Under the pieces are notes generated by a model that ran no database searches, was not told the origin of the DNA, and was given only the letters and a program-made list of their open reading frames with translations. Made by a program: the position numbers and the translations under genes. From an uncultured virus (IMG/VR IMGVR_UViG_3300042449_001682) (lineage: Duplodnaviria > Heunggongvirae > Uroviricota > Caudoviricetes), in IMG/VR virus record IMGVR_UViG_3300042449_001682: a DNA stretch of 20,000 bases. One strand, 5' to 3'. Below, in pieces: positions 1 to 8,809 of this stretch (positions within the stretch are counted from its first letter, which is position 1; each line of letters starts with the position of its first letter).

Positions 1-951
1 TAGTGATTTATAAAATTCATCTGTTTTCATATGAACCAATTTCGGTAGTTGGAGCGGTTCTCTTCTCAGTTGTTCAGTAGATTGTGATAGATGATTCTCA
101 TATAAATGAACATCACCTAAATTACCCACTAACTCATCAGGTACCATATTTACTATACTACCTAAAATGTGTAATAGTAAACCATAACTGGCGATATTGA
201 AAGGTAACCCTAAAAATAAATCTGCGGATCTTTGATTCCACATTAAAGAGATTGATCTGGTTGGTGTTGGTACATAATACGGATCATCAAAATTAGGCAT
301 TATTTCTTCACAATATTCCATACCACCCTCATAATTATTTGTAAACCAAATATGATATCTTTCTTTATATGATAATTCCTTTGTATACACTTGAAATCCA
401 TAATGACAAGGTGGGAGAACCATTGAATCTAATTCCCCAACATTCCAAGCATTAACCATTAATCGTCTAGAGTCAGGATTTGTTTTAAGGTCGTTGATTA
501 GATTTTTGATTTGGTCTGTGTTGGAATTTAATCCTTCCCAACTTCTCCATTGCTTACCGTAAATTGGACCTAAATCACCCCAATGTTTTGCAAACTTTTC
601 ATCGTTCTTTATTTTATCAATAAAATCAGTCATTGATAAAATCTTATCAGGCTCGTTACCAATCATTAACAATTGATAGTTCTTATAAGCATCACCATCC
701 CAAATATGACACCCATTATCTACAAGAAACTTAATATTAGTATCACCACGTAGGAACCATAATAGTTCTGTTGTAATTGTTTTGAATGGCATTTTCTTCG
801 TTGTTAGTAAAGGGAAACCTTCTATCATCTTATGACGAATTTGTTTACCGAATAAAGATCTAGTACCTGTACCAGTTCTATCACTTTTTTTCACACCTTT
901 TTCTAAAACCTCAAAGAGTAAATCTTTATATTGTTTATCTAAACTATTCAT
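1..951 (-). CDS. thyA: Thymidylate synthase (3' end runs off the window)
   Basis: Manual translation from ATG at 951: MNSLDKQY..DRTGTGTRSLFG..FPLLTTKK..ELLWFLRG..GDLGPIYGKQWR..PDSRR..LPPCH..QRSADLFLGLPFNIASY..GDVHLYENH. All ThyA motifs present; frame open to position 1; not in the ORF track. Confidence 0.97.
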   Translation of the reverse strand, partial: MNSLDKQYKDLLFEVLEKGVKKSDRTGTGTRSLFGKQIRHKMIEGFPLLTTKKMPFKTITTELLWFLRGDTNIKFLVDNGCHIWDGDAYKNYQLLMIGNEPDKILSMTDFIDKIKNDEKFAKHWGDLGPIYGKQWRSWEGLNSNTDQIKNLINDLKTNPDSRRLMVNAWNVGELDSMVLPPCHYGFQVYTKELSYKERYHIWFTNNYEGGMEYCEEIMPNFDDPYYVPTPTRSISLMWNQRSADLFLGLPFNIASYGLLLHILGSIVNMVPDELVGNLGDVHLYENHLSQSTEQLRREPLQLPKLVHMKTDEFYKSL

Positions 952-952
952 T

Positions 953-1249
953 TTAAAGATTTTTCTTTATCTCATTAATTTGTTCTAATAATGGTGTAAC
1001 ATCTAATGTATCTTTAGATTGTGTATATGGGTATTTTTTAAGGATACTATGTAGAGTCTTACCCTGACTTTCAGATGATTCGAATTTCTTATAATCTTCA
1101 TATTTGACACCTTCATAAACATATTGTCTACCAGAACCAAAAATTATTGCCAACTTTTTATCTGTCATAATATATTTTGAACCCAAAATATTTGATGAAT
1201 CGTATAGACATTCTATTGATCCATTTTCTTCGTACTTATTTAAAACCAT
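953..1249 (-). CDS. KTSC domain protein
   Basis: SSNI..Y....KKLAIIFGSGRQYVYEGV...Y..F..SESQGK..H..LKKYPY matches the KTSC pattern; 1 nt gap to thyA. Confidence 0.8.
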   Translation of the reverse strand: MVLNKYEENGSIECLYDSSNILGSKYIMTDKKLAIIFGSGRQYVYEGVKYEDYKKFESSESQGKTLHSILKKYPYTQSKDTLDVTPLLEQINEIKKNL

Positions 1250-1252
1250 ATT

Positions 1253-1477
1253 TTAATCTTTATATATTTTATATGAATGGATGTCTTCCATTTGATAAAT
1301 CCTTCCGTCTATTGTAGATGGTTCATCGATAGAAACTTCTTTTTCTTCAGTAATGATTACATAATTTCCTGTTATTATCATTGCCGAATCTAAATATTCT
1401 ATCCTATCTGATGGTTTACCCTCTATATCTTTTAAAAGTAAAACTATCTTCCTAAATTTTGGTGCACTAGGTATCAT
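1253..1477 (-). CDS. Hypothetical protein, 74 aa
   Basis: ATG-started ORF 3 nt from the KTSC gene, with a promoter-like motif directly upstream. Confidence 0.75.
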   Translation of the reverse strand: MIPSAPKFRKIVLLLKDIEGKPSDRIEYLDSAMIITGNYVIITEEKEVSIDEPSTIDGRIYQMEDIHSYKIYKD

Positions 1478-1483
1478 TTTATA

Positions 1484-1512
1484 AGTATAATTAAATAATG
1501 TTATTTTGTCAA
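1484..1512 (-). promoter_or_regulatory. Sigma70-like promoter TTGACA-N17-TATACT
   Basis: Minus strand TTGACA (1512-1507), 17-nt spacer, TATACT (1489-1484); only 6 nt separate it from the ATG at 1477. Confidence 0.6.
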
Positions 1513-1578
1513 ATCTAAATATAGATAAAACCTAAGATAAGTAAAGATAAAAAGTATTTCTTAAAGTGTGACACTTTG

Positions 1579-2502
1579 TCACGGGTTGTTAATATGTTTA
1601 CCTTTAATTTTATAGTAATTGGCATCAATACCCTTATCCTCTAAAAGATTTTTAGGTATATATTCATCTCCAGTCTCTATAAAGTGATTTAACCGTTTAG
1701 TCCCAAACTCAACGTTGAATGGTACCAAATCTACGCCAATAAACTTTCTATTGTTTTTAAGTGCCGCAATACCTGTGGTAGATGATCCTGCAAATGGATC
1801 CATAATTACGTCACCTTCGTCACTACCAATTCTTACAAACCAATCAACTAACTCCACAGAAAATGGTGCAGGGTGTAGAACACTAGGGTTTGTTTCTGAA
1901 GCCGCAATTACTACATTATGTGGTAATGAACCTTTTTCGTTTAATTCCCTCATTTGTGAGTCATACACACCATCCCTCGATCCGATAGTTGTCACTGGTT
2001 TAAGAAATCTTTTTTTAGTAACTTCTGAATGTTCAGTTCTACAATTATCTGCCCTAAATTTAGGTTTATTAGAGTTGGAGAAATGGAAAACATACTCATA
2101 TCTATCAATCGCCCTATATTTACAGTTTGTTGGGATTGCGTTCTTTTTAAACCATATATATGGTTTCGCAACCAAATACCAACCCTGTTTACGCATTTTA
2201 TATTTTAACTCATCTAAAACTGGGTGAATCACCCCATCGTCTATTTTATCGTTGATATTTAAGAAAAAACTACCATTAGGTTTTAAAACTTTAAGAAATA
2301 AATCAGTAAATTCTAAAAACCAATCCGCATAATCGTCAACGTGTATCGAACCAACCTCACCATCATTATTACCGCTATAGTTCTTTCTCATAGAATAATA
2401 TGGGGGTGATGTAAAAATCATATCAACCTTTTCATTCGACTCAATCATTTCTTTTAACACATTTTTAGTGTCACCCAAAATAACTTCATATTGACTTTTC
2501 AT
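1579..2502 (-). CDS. Orphan DNA methyltransferase, N4/N6 family, beta class (probably m4C)
   Basis: Catalytic TSPPYY precedes SAM-binding DPFAGSSTT; HPAPF motif; no cognate restriction endonuclease adjacent. Confidence 0.92.
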   Translation of the reverse strand: MKSQYEVILGDTKNVLKEMIESNEKVDMIFTSPPYYSMRKNYSGNNDGEVGSIHVDDYADWFLEFTDLFLKVLKPNGSFFLNINDKIDDGVIHPVLDELKYKMRKQGWYLVAKPYIWFKKNAIPTNCKYRAIDRYEYVFHFSNSNKPKFRADNCRTEHSEVTKKRFLKPVTTIGSRDGVYDSQMRELNEKGSLPHNVVIAASETNPSVLHPAPFSVELVDWFVRIGSDEGDVIMDPFAGSSTTGIAALKNNRKFIGVDLVPFNVEFGTKRLNHFIETGDEYIPKNLLEDKGIDANYYKIKGKHINNP

Positions 2503-2525
2503 ATTTTATTTATTAAATTTGAATA

Positions 2526-2557
2526 CAAAGATAAGGATATTTATAATAAAAAACAAA
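2526..2557 (-). promoter_or_regulatory. Bacteroidota-type housekeeping promoter for the MTase
   Basis: Minus strand TTTG (2557-2554), N20, TATCTTTG (2533-2526); exact match to the -33/-7 consensus, 23 nt before the ATG. Confidence 0.75.
2537..2545 (+). promoter_or_regulatory. ATATTTATA motif (putative phage late promoter) for clpC
   Basis: Same motif as before many other genes here; 18 nt upstream of ATG 2564. Confidence 0.6.
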
Positions 2558-2563
2558 TCGTAT

Positions 2564-5029
2564 ATGAAAAAGATTTTGCCTAAGGTGAAGAAAATCATAA
2601 ATATGTCCATCAAACAGGCTAAATTTTATGGGGACAATGAAGTAAAGATTGAACATATAATCATCTCATTGATAAATGATTATAATAATAATGCGGTTAA
2701 GGCGTTAATAAGTATGGGTGTTGATGTAGATAAACTACATAAGAGTATTGAGAAGAAATTACATAAGGATAGGGACGATTTTAACACTATGTTGGTAAAT
2801 AAAAAAGAGTTCCCTTTGGAAATTGTAACTGAAAATATTTTGAAGGGTGCAGAAAAAGAATGTGATTTGATGAATAATGAATATTTGGATACGGAACATA
2901 TTTTGTTGGCAACATTAAAAGTAAAAAATGACATAAGTAGTATATTAAAAGGGATGAAAATAAATTATAACAGTTACAAAACTTCTATCGAAAACTCTAT
3001 TGAGCCAGTAAGTGGAGATGGTGAAGACAATTTCAGTAAAATACCCAAACCAAAAGGTAGTACTAAATCCAACGACACCCCTATTTTAAATAATTTTTCT
3101 GTGGATGTAACTAAAAGGGCGTCTGAAGGTAAAATTGATCCTGTAATTGGTAGGGATGAGTCCATACAAAGAGTTGCACAGATTTTGGCTAGGAAGAAAA
3201 AAAATAATCCAGTCTTAATTGGTGACCCTGGTGTTGGTAAAACTACAATTATTGAGGGTTTAGCGTTAAAAATTGCACAGGGTGATGCACCTAGAACTTT
3301 ATTAGATAAGAGAGTTGTGTCATTAGATTTAACGTCTTTAGTTGCAGGTACTAAGTATAGAGGTCAGTTTGAGGAAAGAATAAAAGGTGTGGTGGATGAA
3401 TTAATGGAAGTCGATAATGTAATCTTATTTATTGACGAATTACATACTATGGTAGGTGCGGGTAACTCATCAGGTTCTATGGACGCTGCGAATGTATTAA
3501 AACCTGCGTTGGCTAGGGGTGATATACAGTTGATTGGTGCAACTACTTTAGATGAATATAGAGAACATATCGAAAAAGATGGTGCATTAGCGAGAAGATT
3601 CCAACAAGTTCTAATTGAACCACCTACAATAGAGGAAACAATTCAAATATTAGATAAAATTAAATCTTCATATGAAACTTACCATAAAGTAACTTACCCA
3701 TTAGTAACTATTGAACATTGTGTTAAAATGGCTGACAGATATATTACAGATAGGGAATTTCCTGATAAGGCAATTGATATTATGGATGAAATAGGTTCAA
3801 AAAGTCAACTATCTATCAAACCACCATCATCTATAAGTAAATTGGAGGAGAAGATTGTTGAAATTAAGAACAGAAAAAGTGAGGTTGTTAAGAAACAAAA
3901 ATACGAAGAGGCTGCAAAGTTAAGAGATGAGGAAAGGGAGGTTAATGAAAAATTAGTTTTAGAAAAAGAAAAATGGTTAACAAATTTGAATAACGAAAGA
4001 ACTGTTGTAACCATTGAGGATGTTAATGAAGTGGTGTCCTCAATGACTGGAATACCATTAAAAAGAATTAGTGGGGATCAAGGTAAAAGGATGTTAGAGA
4101 TTGAAGGTGAGTTAAAAAAATCAATTATAGGTCAAGAAATTGCGTTGGAAAAGATTGCCAAATCTATTAGAAGAAATAGAGTTGGTATTCGAAACCCTAA
4201 AAAACCAATTGGTACTTTTATGTTTTTAGGTCCTACAGGTGTGGGTAAAACTCATATTGCGAAAAGATTGGCAGAATACCTTTTTGGTGATGAGGACTCA
4301 TTAATTAGATTAGATATGTCTGAATTTCAAGAGAAACACTCAATATCTAGACTTATTGGATCTCCTCCAGGATATGTTGGTCATGGTGATGGTGGACAAC
4401 TAACTGAAAAAGTGAGAAGAAGACCATATTCAATAGTACTATTTGATGAAATAGAGAAAGCAAATAAAGAAATCTATAATACACTATTACAATTATTGGA
4501 TGACGGTCAACTTACTGATAGTTCTGGTAGAAAAGTTAACTTTAAAAATTGTATGGTTATTATGACATCTAATGTAGGTGTTAAAAAATTACAAGATTTT
4601 GGTACAGGTGTCGGATTTGGTACTAAGTCAAAATTAGAGAGAGAAGACTCTATTAAAGAAAGTCTATTAACTGATGAATTAAAAAAACAATTCCCACCAG
4701 AATTCCTTAATAGGTTAGATGATGTAATCATATTTAAATCTTTAACTAAAGAAGAAATTGGGAAAATTGTTGATTTGGAATTAGTAAAACTTAAGAAGAG
4801 AGTTGGTGAAATAGGTTATAACTTAATTATCAACAAAACGGTTAGGGATTATTTAATTGATGATGGGTATAGTGAAGATTATGGGGCTAGACCTCTAAAT
4901 AGGGCAATACAAAAACATATCGAAGATCCTATATCTGAAGAAATTTTAAGTGGTAATGTAAAGGATAATGGTACCATAAAAATAAGTTATTCTAAGGCAA
5001 AAGATGAAATTATCATAAAAAGTGAATAA
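2564..5029 (+). CDS. clpC: ClpC-type ATP-dependent Clp protease ATPase subunit
   Basis: Two Clp-N repeats (EHII/EHIL), Walker A GDPGVGKT and GPTGVGKT, pore loops GTKYRG and PPGYVG, UVR middle domain QKYEEAAKLRDEE, ClpP-docking VGF loop, GARPL sensor. Start moved from TTG 2519 to ATG 2564. Confidence 0.95.
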   Translation: MKKILPKVKKIINMSIKQAKFYGDNEVKIEHIIISLINDYNNNAVKALISMGVDVDKLHKSIEKKLHKDRDDFNTMLVNKKEFPLEIVTENILKGAEKECDLMNNEYLDTEHILLATLKVKNDISSILKGMKINYNSYKTSIENSIEPVSGDGEDNFSKIPKPKGSTKSNDTPILNNFSVDVTKRASEGKIDPVIGRDESIQRVAQILARKKKNNPVLIGDPGVGKTTIIEGLALKIAQGDAPRTLLDKRVVSLDLTSLVAGTKYRGQFEERIKGVVDELMEVDNVILFIDELHTMVGAGNSSGSMDAANVLKPALARGDIQLIGATTLDEYREHIEKDGALARRFQQVLIEPPTIEETIQILDKIKSSYETYHKVTYPLVTIEHCVKMADRYITDREFPDKAIDIMDEIGSKSQLSIKPPSSISKLEEKIVEIKNRKSEVVKKQKYEEAAKLRDEEREVNEKLVLEKEKWLTNLNNERTVVTIEDVNEVVSSMTGIPLKRISGDQGKRMLEIEGELKKSIIGQEIALEKIAKSIRRNRVGIRNPKKPIGTFMFLGPTGVGKTHIAKRLAEYLFGDEDSLIRLDMSEFQEKHSISRLIGSPPGYVGHGDGGQLTEKVRRRPYSIVLFDEIEKANKEIYNTLLQLLDDGQLTDSSGRKVNFKNCMVIMTSNVGVKKLQDFGTGVGFGTKSKLEREDSIKESLLTDELKKQFPPEFLNRLDDVIIFKSLTKEEIGKIVDLELVKLKKRVGEIGYNLIINKTVRDYLIDDGYSEDYGARPLNRAIQKHIEDPISEEILSGNVKDNGTIKISYSKAKDEIIIKSE

Positions 5030-5033
5030 AATA

Positions 5034-5065
5034 TTTGGCAGATTAAATAATTCTTATTACATTTG
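5034..5065 (+). promoter_or_regulatory. Bacteroidota-type promoter
   Basis: TTTG (5034-5037), N20, TACATTTG (5058-5065); 21 nt before ATG 5087. Confidence 0.8.
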
Positions 5066-5086
5066 TTCTTATAAAACTATAACGAT

Positions 5087-5587
5087 ATGAAAAATTTAGT
5101 GATTTTATTCAGTCTTCTTTTGGGTGTAGAGGCTTATTCCCAAAAAGATATGGTTTCTTATTCCATTGAAAATAATAAGAAAGTAGTTTCTCAGATGAAT
5201 ATTGATTCTTTGGAAACTGTTTTGGTTGGTATGATAAACTCTTTTAGAGTGAGTAACGGATTAAGTATTCTCACTAAAGATGTATCATTATCAACCTACG
5301 CAGATGAGTGGTCAGTGAATATGTTGAATAAAAATAAAATCTACCACTCCGACATTCAAAGTAATAGTATTGTCGCAGAAAACGTATATTTCAGTAAATC
5401 ATTTGGTGTTTTCCCTATGACTAAGGAATATGTGTCTGAAGTAACTAATAGAATTTACAATAGTTGGTTGACTTCTGAAAAACATAAGAAAAATATGTTA
5501 ACTGAAGATATTAATAAAATCGGAGTATCTATTGTACTATTACCTAACGGTATGGTAGATGAATCCTCAACAATGGTGGTTAATTAA
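5087..5587 (+). CDS. Secreted CAP/SCP-domain protein
   Basis: Signal peptide MKNLVILFSLLLGVEAYS|Q; CAP motifs IN.FR..NGL..L, YHS, AENV, W..SEKHKKNML, IGVSI. Confidence 0.88.
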   Translation: MKNLVILFSLLLGVEAYSQKDMVSYSIENNKKVVSQMNIDSLETVLVGMINSFRVSNGLSILTKDVSLSTYADEWSVNMLNKNKIYHSDIQSNSIVAENVYFSKSFGVFPMTKEYVSEVTNRIYNSWLTSEKHKKNMLTEDINKIGVSIVLLPNGMVDESSTMVVN

Positions 5588-5598
5588 CCACCATTGTT
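5569..5598. terminator. Perfect 30-bp palindrome, probable bidirectional terminator
   Basis: AACAATGGTGGTTAA|TTAACCACCATTGTT spans the CAP stop codon between convergent genes; T-rich tail on the plus strand. Confidence 0.75.
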
Positions 5599-5601
5599 TT
5601 A

Positions 5602-6126
5602 TTAGAATTGTGTATTATAAAGACATTTAGTAATCTGTACTAAATTCGCAATATCTGTAGTAAAATCATATTTACTTACCCATTCATCTACAGATTCACC
5701 TGTTTGTGGTGTAAAATCGTCTTTAATATGTTTTCTTTTTGATTTACTATCATTAGACTTAAGATCCTTAATCACTTCGTCTATATGTCTTCTACAAAAA
5801 TTAACTGTTTTTTCTACTGCCTTTTCTCTTAAAGTGACATCAGTTATTTTTGATAGGATACCAGCGTTAATTTCATCATTCTTTAACCCTTCACATCCAG
5901 TAACTGAAAATGTTACACCAGTTTTCATTTTCTTTAATAAAGTATTATCTGAAGAAGCGTTAGTACCTGCATTACCTGCATCCGTACTGTCGGATCTTAA
6001 CCATTCAGGATATGTCTTAAAACAAAACTTAAATGATATTTTTTCTTCTTTTAAAAGATATTTTTTAATTGATGCGATATCACTTTCTGTAAGTGTAACT
6101 ACAACATTATTTTTTTTAATTTTCAT
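5602..6126 (-). CDS. Hypothetical protein (174 aa) with LTESD/LLKEE leader, putative virion protein
   Basis: Start reassigned to ATG 6126 (MKIKKNNVVVTLTESDIASIKKYLLKEE), which removes the overlap with the upstream gene. Confidence 0.75.
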   Translation of the reverse strand: MKIKKNNVVVTLTESDIASIKKYLLKEEKISFKFCFKTYPEWLRSDSTDAGNAGTNASSDNTLLKKMKTGVTFSVTGCEGLKNDEINAGILSKITDVTLREKAVEKTVNFCRRHIDEVIKDLKSNDSKSKRKHIKDDFTPQTGESVDEWVSKYDFTTDIANLVQITKCLYNTQF

Positions 6127-6145
6127 AATATATATTTTTAAATTA

Positions 6146-8104
6146 TTAACCCCATTTAGGACAACAAGTCTGACAAACTTTTGAGAAATCGGGTGCTTTA
6201 CCAAAAAACCTACGTTTAGGTTTAAGATTTCTTAAAGACTTCTTTATTTTTCTTTTTAATTTTTTAATACCTCTCTTAAAATTTTTCCAAGAATCTTTAA
6301 AACTAAATTCTCCATTTGACTGTAGCTCTATTCCCATTCCTGGTACTGCAATAACAAAATAATCCTCACCGACCTCTGATTTAGTTACTATAGTTGGTTT
6401 TTTTAATGTAACGCTAATACCAGCCAAATTCATTCTAAATGGTCCGTATATATCGTTATATTCTTGAGATAATTCTTGTTGTGCAACTTCTCTACCTAAT
6501 TTTTCTGACGCTTTCTTTGCCCAAGCAGTACCTCTATTACCATAAAATAACTGTGGTTTTAGTTCATTGTCTTTTTTGTATGCCTCTTGGAACATTGCAC
6601 CATATGCGGTTATAGGTACGTCTGAACCATCAGCATATTTACCATCTATTTTCTCCCAACCTGGACCGATATTAGGTTTTTCTATTCTAGAGGCTAAGAT
6701 TATATTATAACCATCTAACTTATATTGTTTCAAAATACCTCTAACTGAGTTTTCTATAACATTACTTCTATCTTCCGCTAATTTTATATTATTATCTTCA
6801 CTAAAACTTTTATCTTTACTTTTATATGATGTTCTTACTTTACTGGTTGAGGAATAAATAAATATGTTTATTGATGACACATCTAATTTAAATTCTTCAC
6901 CTAAATCATTTTCAGTTCTTTGTGCTTCAACCTCTGAATCTTGAGTGTCTATAAACTTTCTTAATAATCTCACTTGTTCTCTAATACCATCAATTGCCTC
7001 TGAAGACATAGACGTACCATCATCTGGAAAGAAATTATTACTTAAATTATTTCTTTCACCTTCAGGTGTATTTTCTGGTGGGTACTGGAATATATCAGAA
7101 TCTCCTTCTTCCATAATAGGTACACCTTTACCCGCCTCATCCTCAACTTTAAACTGTTTAAGTTCTGTAGGTTTATCAGTAATTGTTATATTAGTAATTT
7201 TCTTAAGTAATTTTCTATATGTATCCTCACCAACAGACTCAATTTCAGCAGATAATTTTTTCATTACACTATTTTTAATACCAATTCTTTGATCTGTATT
7301 TACATCTATTTTGACATTCTCATCATCTACATCTAAACCAATTTCTTTTTTATCTTTTAAATTAAATCCTATCAGATAACTTACAACATCTTTCAAAGAT
7401 TCCATAGAATTAGGATCAGTCTTAGGATTTTTACTAAAATCTATTAAAACATTAAGATTAGTTTTTAATGGTTCTAATATTTCCTTTTTTAGAAAAACTT
7501 TACCATTATTAATTGCAATTAATTCCTTATTTAATTTTTCTAATGTTCTGGACGATACTAAAGTATCAACTGATTTTTTTAAGTTTTTATCGGTAACATT
7601 AAATGTTTTAAGATCAATTTTTGATGCGTTGTCTAATATAGTTGTTACTTCTGACTGAAGATTTTTATCGTACTGATCAGGTGCAACCACATTTTTCTTA
7701 GTTTGTTTTACATCCTCAGATTTTTTAATCCCATAATATATGTCACCAAACATCCACTCCTTTAATGAATTCCTTACACTTTCACTATCATTGCCTTCAA
7801 ACCAATCCATCATTGTTGTGTACGATGGATTATTTAAAAAAGAACCACCAAAATACTCGTCAACTTCTCTAATATATTCAATAATATCTTTTAATTTCGC
7901 ATTTTCCCAATTAAACTTACCACCCTTAGACCAATCAGAAAATACTGGAACTTCCTCTTCCTGTTCCTTTATTAGGTATTTTTTTACCAATTTTTCTTCT
8001 AAAAGTCTATCGAATGAAGTGACATTTTCTCTATATTCATTTGAGTCATGTCCCATTAATTTTCTCATTCTATATATTTCTTCTGTTAACGTATTTTTTC
8101 TCAT
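6146..8104 (-). CDS. 652-aa protein with a divergent OmpA-like domain and basic, Cys-containing tail
   Basis: Leader LTEEIYRMRKLM shared with 8810..10225; FFPDD..MSSEA..INIFIYSSTS..NNIKLAEDRSNVIENSV..GP..FR resembles the OmpA C-terminal fold. ORF is certain, domain call moderate. Confidence 0.6.
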   Translation of the reverse strand: MRKNTLTEEIYRMRKLMGHDSNEYRENVTSFDRLLEEKLVKKYLIKEQEEEVPVFSDWSKGGKFNWENAKLKDIIEYIREVDEYFGGSFLNNPSYTTMMDWFEGNDSESVRNSLKEWMFGDIYYGIKKSEDVKQTKKNVVAPDQYDKNLQSEVTTILDNASKIDLKTFNVTDKNLKKSVDTLVSSRTLEKLNKELIAINNGKVFLKKEILEPLKTNLNVLIDFSKNPKTDPNSMESLKDVVSYLIGFNLKDKKEIGLDVDDENVKIDVNTDQRIGIKNSVMKKLSAEIESVGEDTYRKLLKKITNITITDKPTELKQFKVEDEAGKGVPIMEEGDSDIFQYPPENTPEGERNNLSNNFFPDDGTSMSSEAIDGIREQVRLLRKFIDTQDSEVEAQRTENDLGEEFKLDVSSINIFIYSSTSKVRTSYKSKDKSFSEDNNIKLAEDRSNVIENSVRGILKQYKLDGYNIILASRIEKPNIGPGWEKIDGKYADGSDVPITAYGAMFQEAYKKDNELKPQLFYGNRGTAWAKKASEKLGREVAQQELSQEYNDIYGPFRMNLAGISVTLKKPTIVTKSEVGEDYFVIAVPGMGIELQSNGEFSFKDSWKNFKRGIKKLKRKIKKSLRNLKPKRRFFGKAPDFSKVCQTCCPKWG

Positions 8105-8120
8105 AATAAATTATTTTATT

Positions 8121-8129
8121 TATAAATAT
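8121..8129 (-). promoter_or_regulatory. ATATTTATA putative late promoter
   Basis: 16 nt upstream of ATG 8104. Confidence 0.65.
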
Positions 8130-8148
8130 AAAAAAAACGGTAAAAAAA

Positions 8149-8179
8149 TTTGTATAATAAAAAAAATGGTGTATATTTG
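8149..8179 (+). promoter_or_regulatory. Bacteroidota-type promoter
   Basis: TTTG (8149-8152), N19, TATATTTG (8172-8179); 20 nt before ATG 8200. Confidence 0.8.
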
Positions 8180-8199
8180 TTCTTATAAACGTAACAACT

Positions 8200-8805
8200 A
8201 TGAAAAACTTAATTTTGATTTTGATGTTTATCCTACCATCAGTAGTTTTTTCTCAGAGAGATGGTTCGAAAGTAATGGACGTAAACAATATCGATTACCG
8301 ACTTTTGGATAGTCTGATTATTGTTGAGATTAATGTGGTAAGAGATTCATTAGGTAATAACAATATGCATTACTCACGATTGGTGAGTGACAATGTTTCA
8401 AAAATAAGATGTCAAAAATTACACAGTGAAGAAAAAGTATATCATCCAGATGGTAGGTTGGAACTATATAGTGAAAAATTAAAGTCCTCAATTATGGGAG
8501 AATCTTATTCTACATATAAATTTAAAGGTGGTGTTAATGTAGTAGACGGTTTTGAAATTTGTTTATTTAAGACAAAAAATTACAAACTATTAACGTATGG
8601 TGATATAGCAAAATCAATTGTAGATTATTGGGAGACATCTCCTGATCACTGTTTTGTGATTAGAGATGTATTTAATCAACAAATTACTGATAATGGAAAA
8701 GAAGTATTCTTAATGAGCGGTGTTTCTACAAAATACGGTACCTACAAAGGTAAAAACGGATTTTACGCAGTACTAAACCTTACAGTTGTTTATAAGCGTC
8801 AGTAG
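8200..8805 (+). CDS. Secreted divergent CAP/SCP-domain protein
   Basis: Signal peptide MKNLILILMFILPSVVFS|Q; EINVVRDSLG, VYH, FEI, IVDYWETSPDH and GVS align with CAP motifs and with the 5087 paralog. Confidence 0.72.
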   Translation: MKNLILILMFILPSVVFSQRDGSKVMDVNNIDYRLLDSLIIVEINVVRDSLGNNNMHYSRLVSDNVSKIRCQKLHSEEKVYHPDGRLELYSEKLKSSIMGESYSTYKFKGGVNVVDGFEICLFKTKNYKLLTYGDIAKSIVDYWETSPDHCFVIRDVFNQQITDNGKEVFLMSGVSTKYGTYKGKNGFYAVLNLTVVYKRQ

Positions 8806-8809
8806 GTAG

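Noticed and set aside
1563..1582. Overlapping short inverted repeats AAAGTGT-G-ACACTTT and GTGACA-CTT-TGTCAC at the MTase stop
   Set aside because: Short stems with 1-3 nt loops; could be a weak terminator but cannot be supported.
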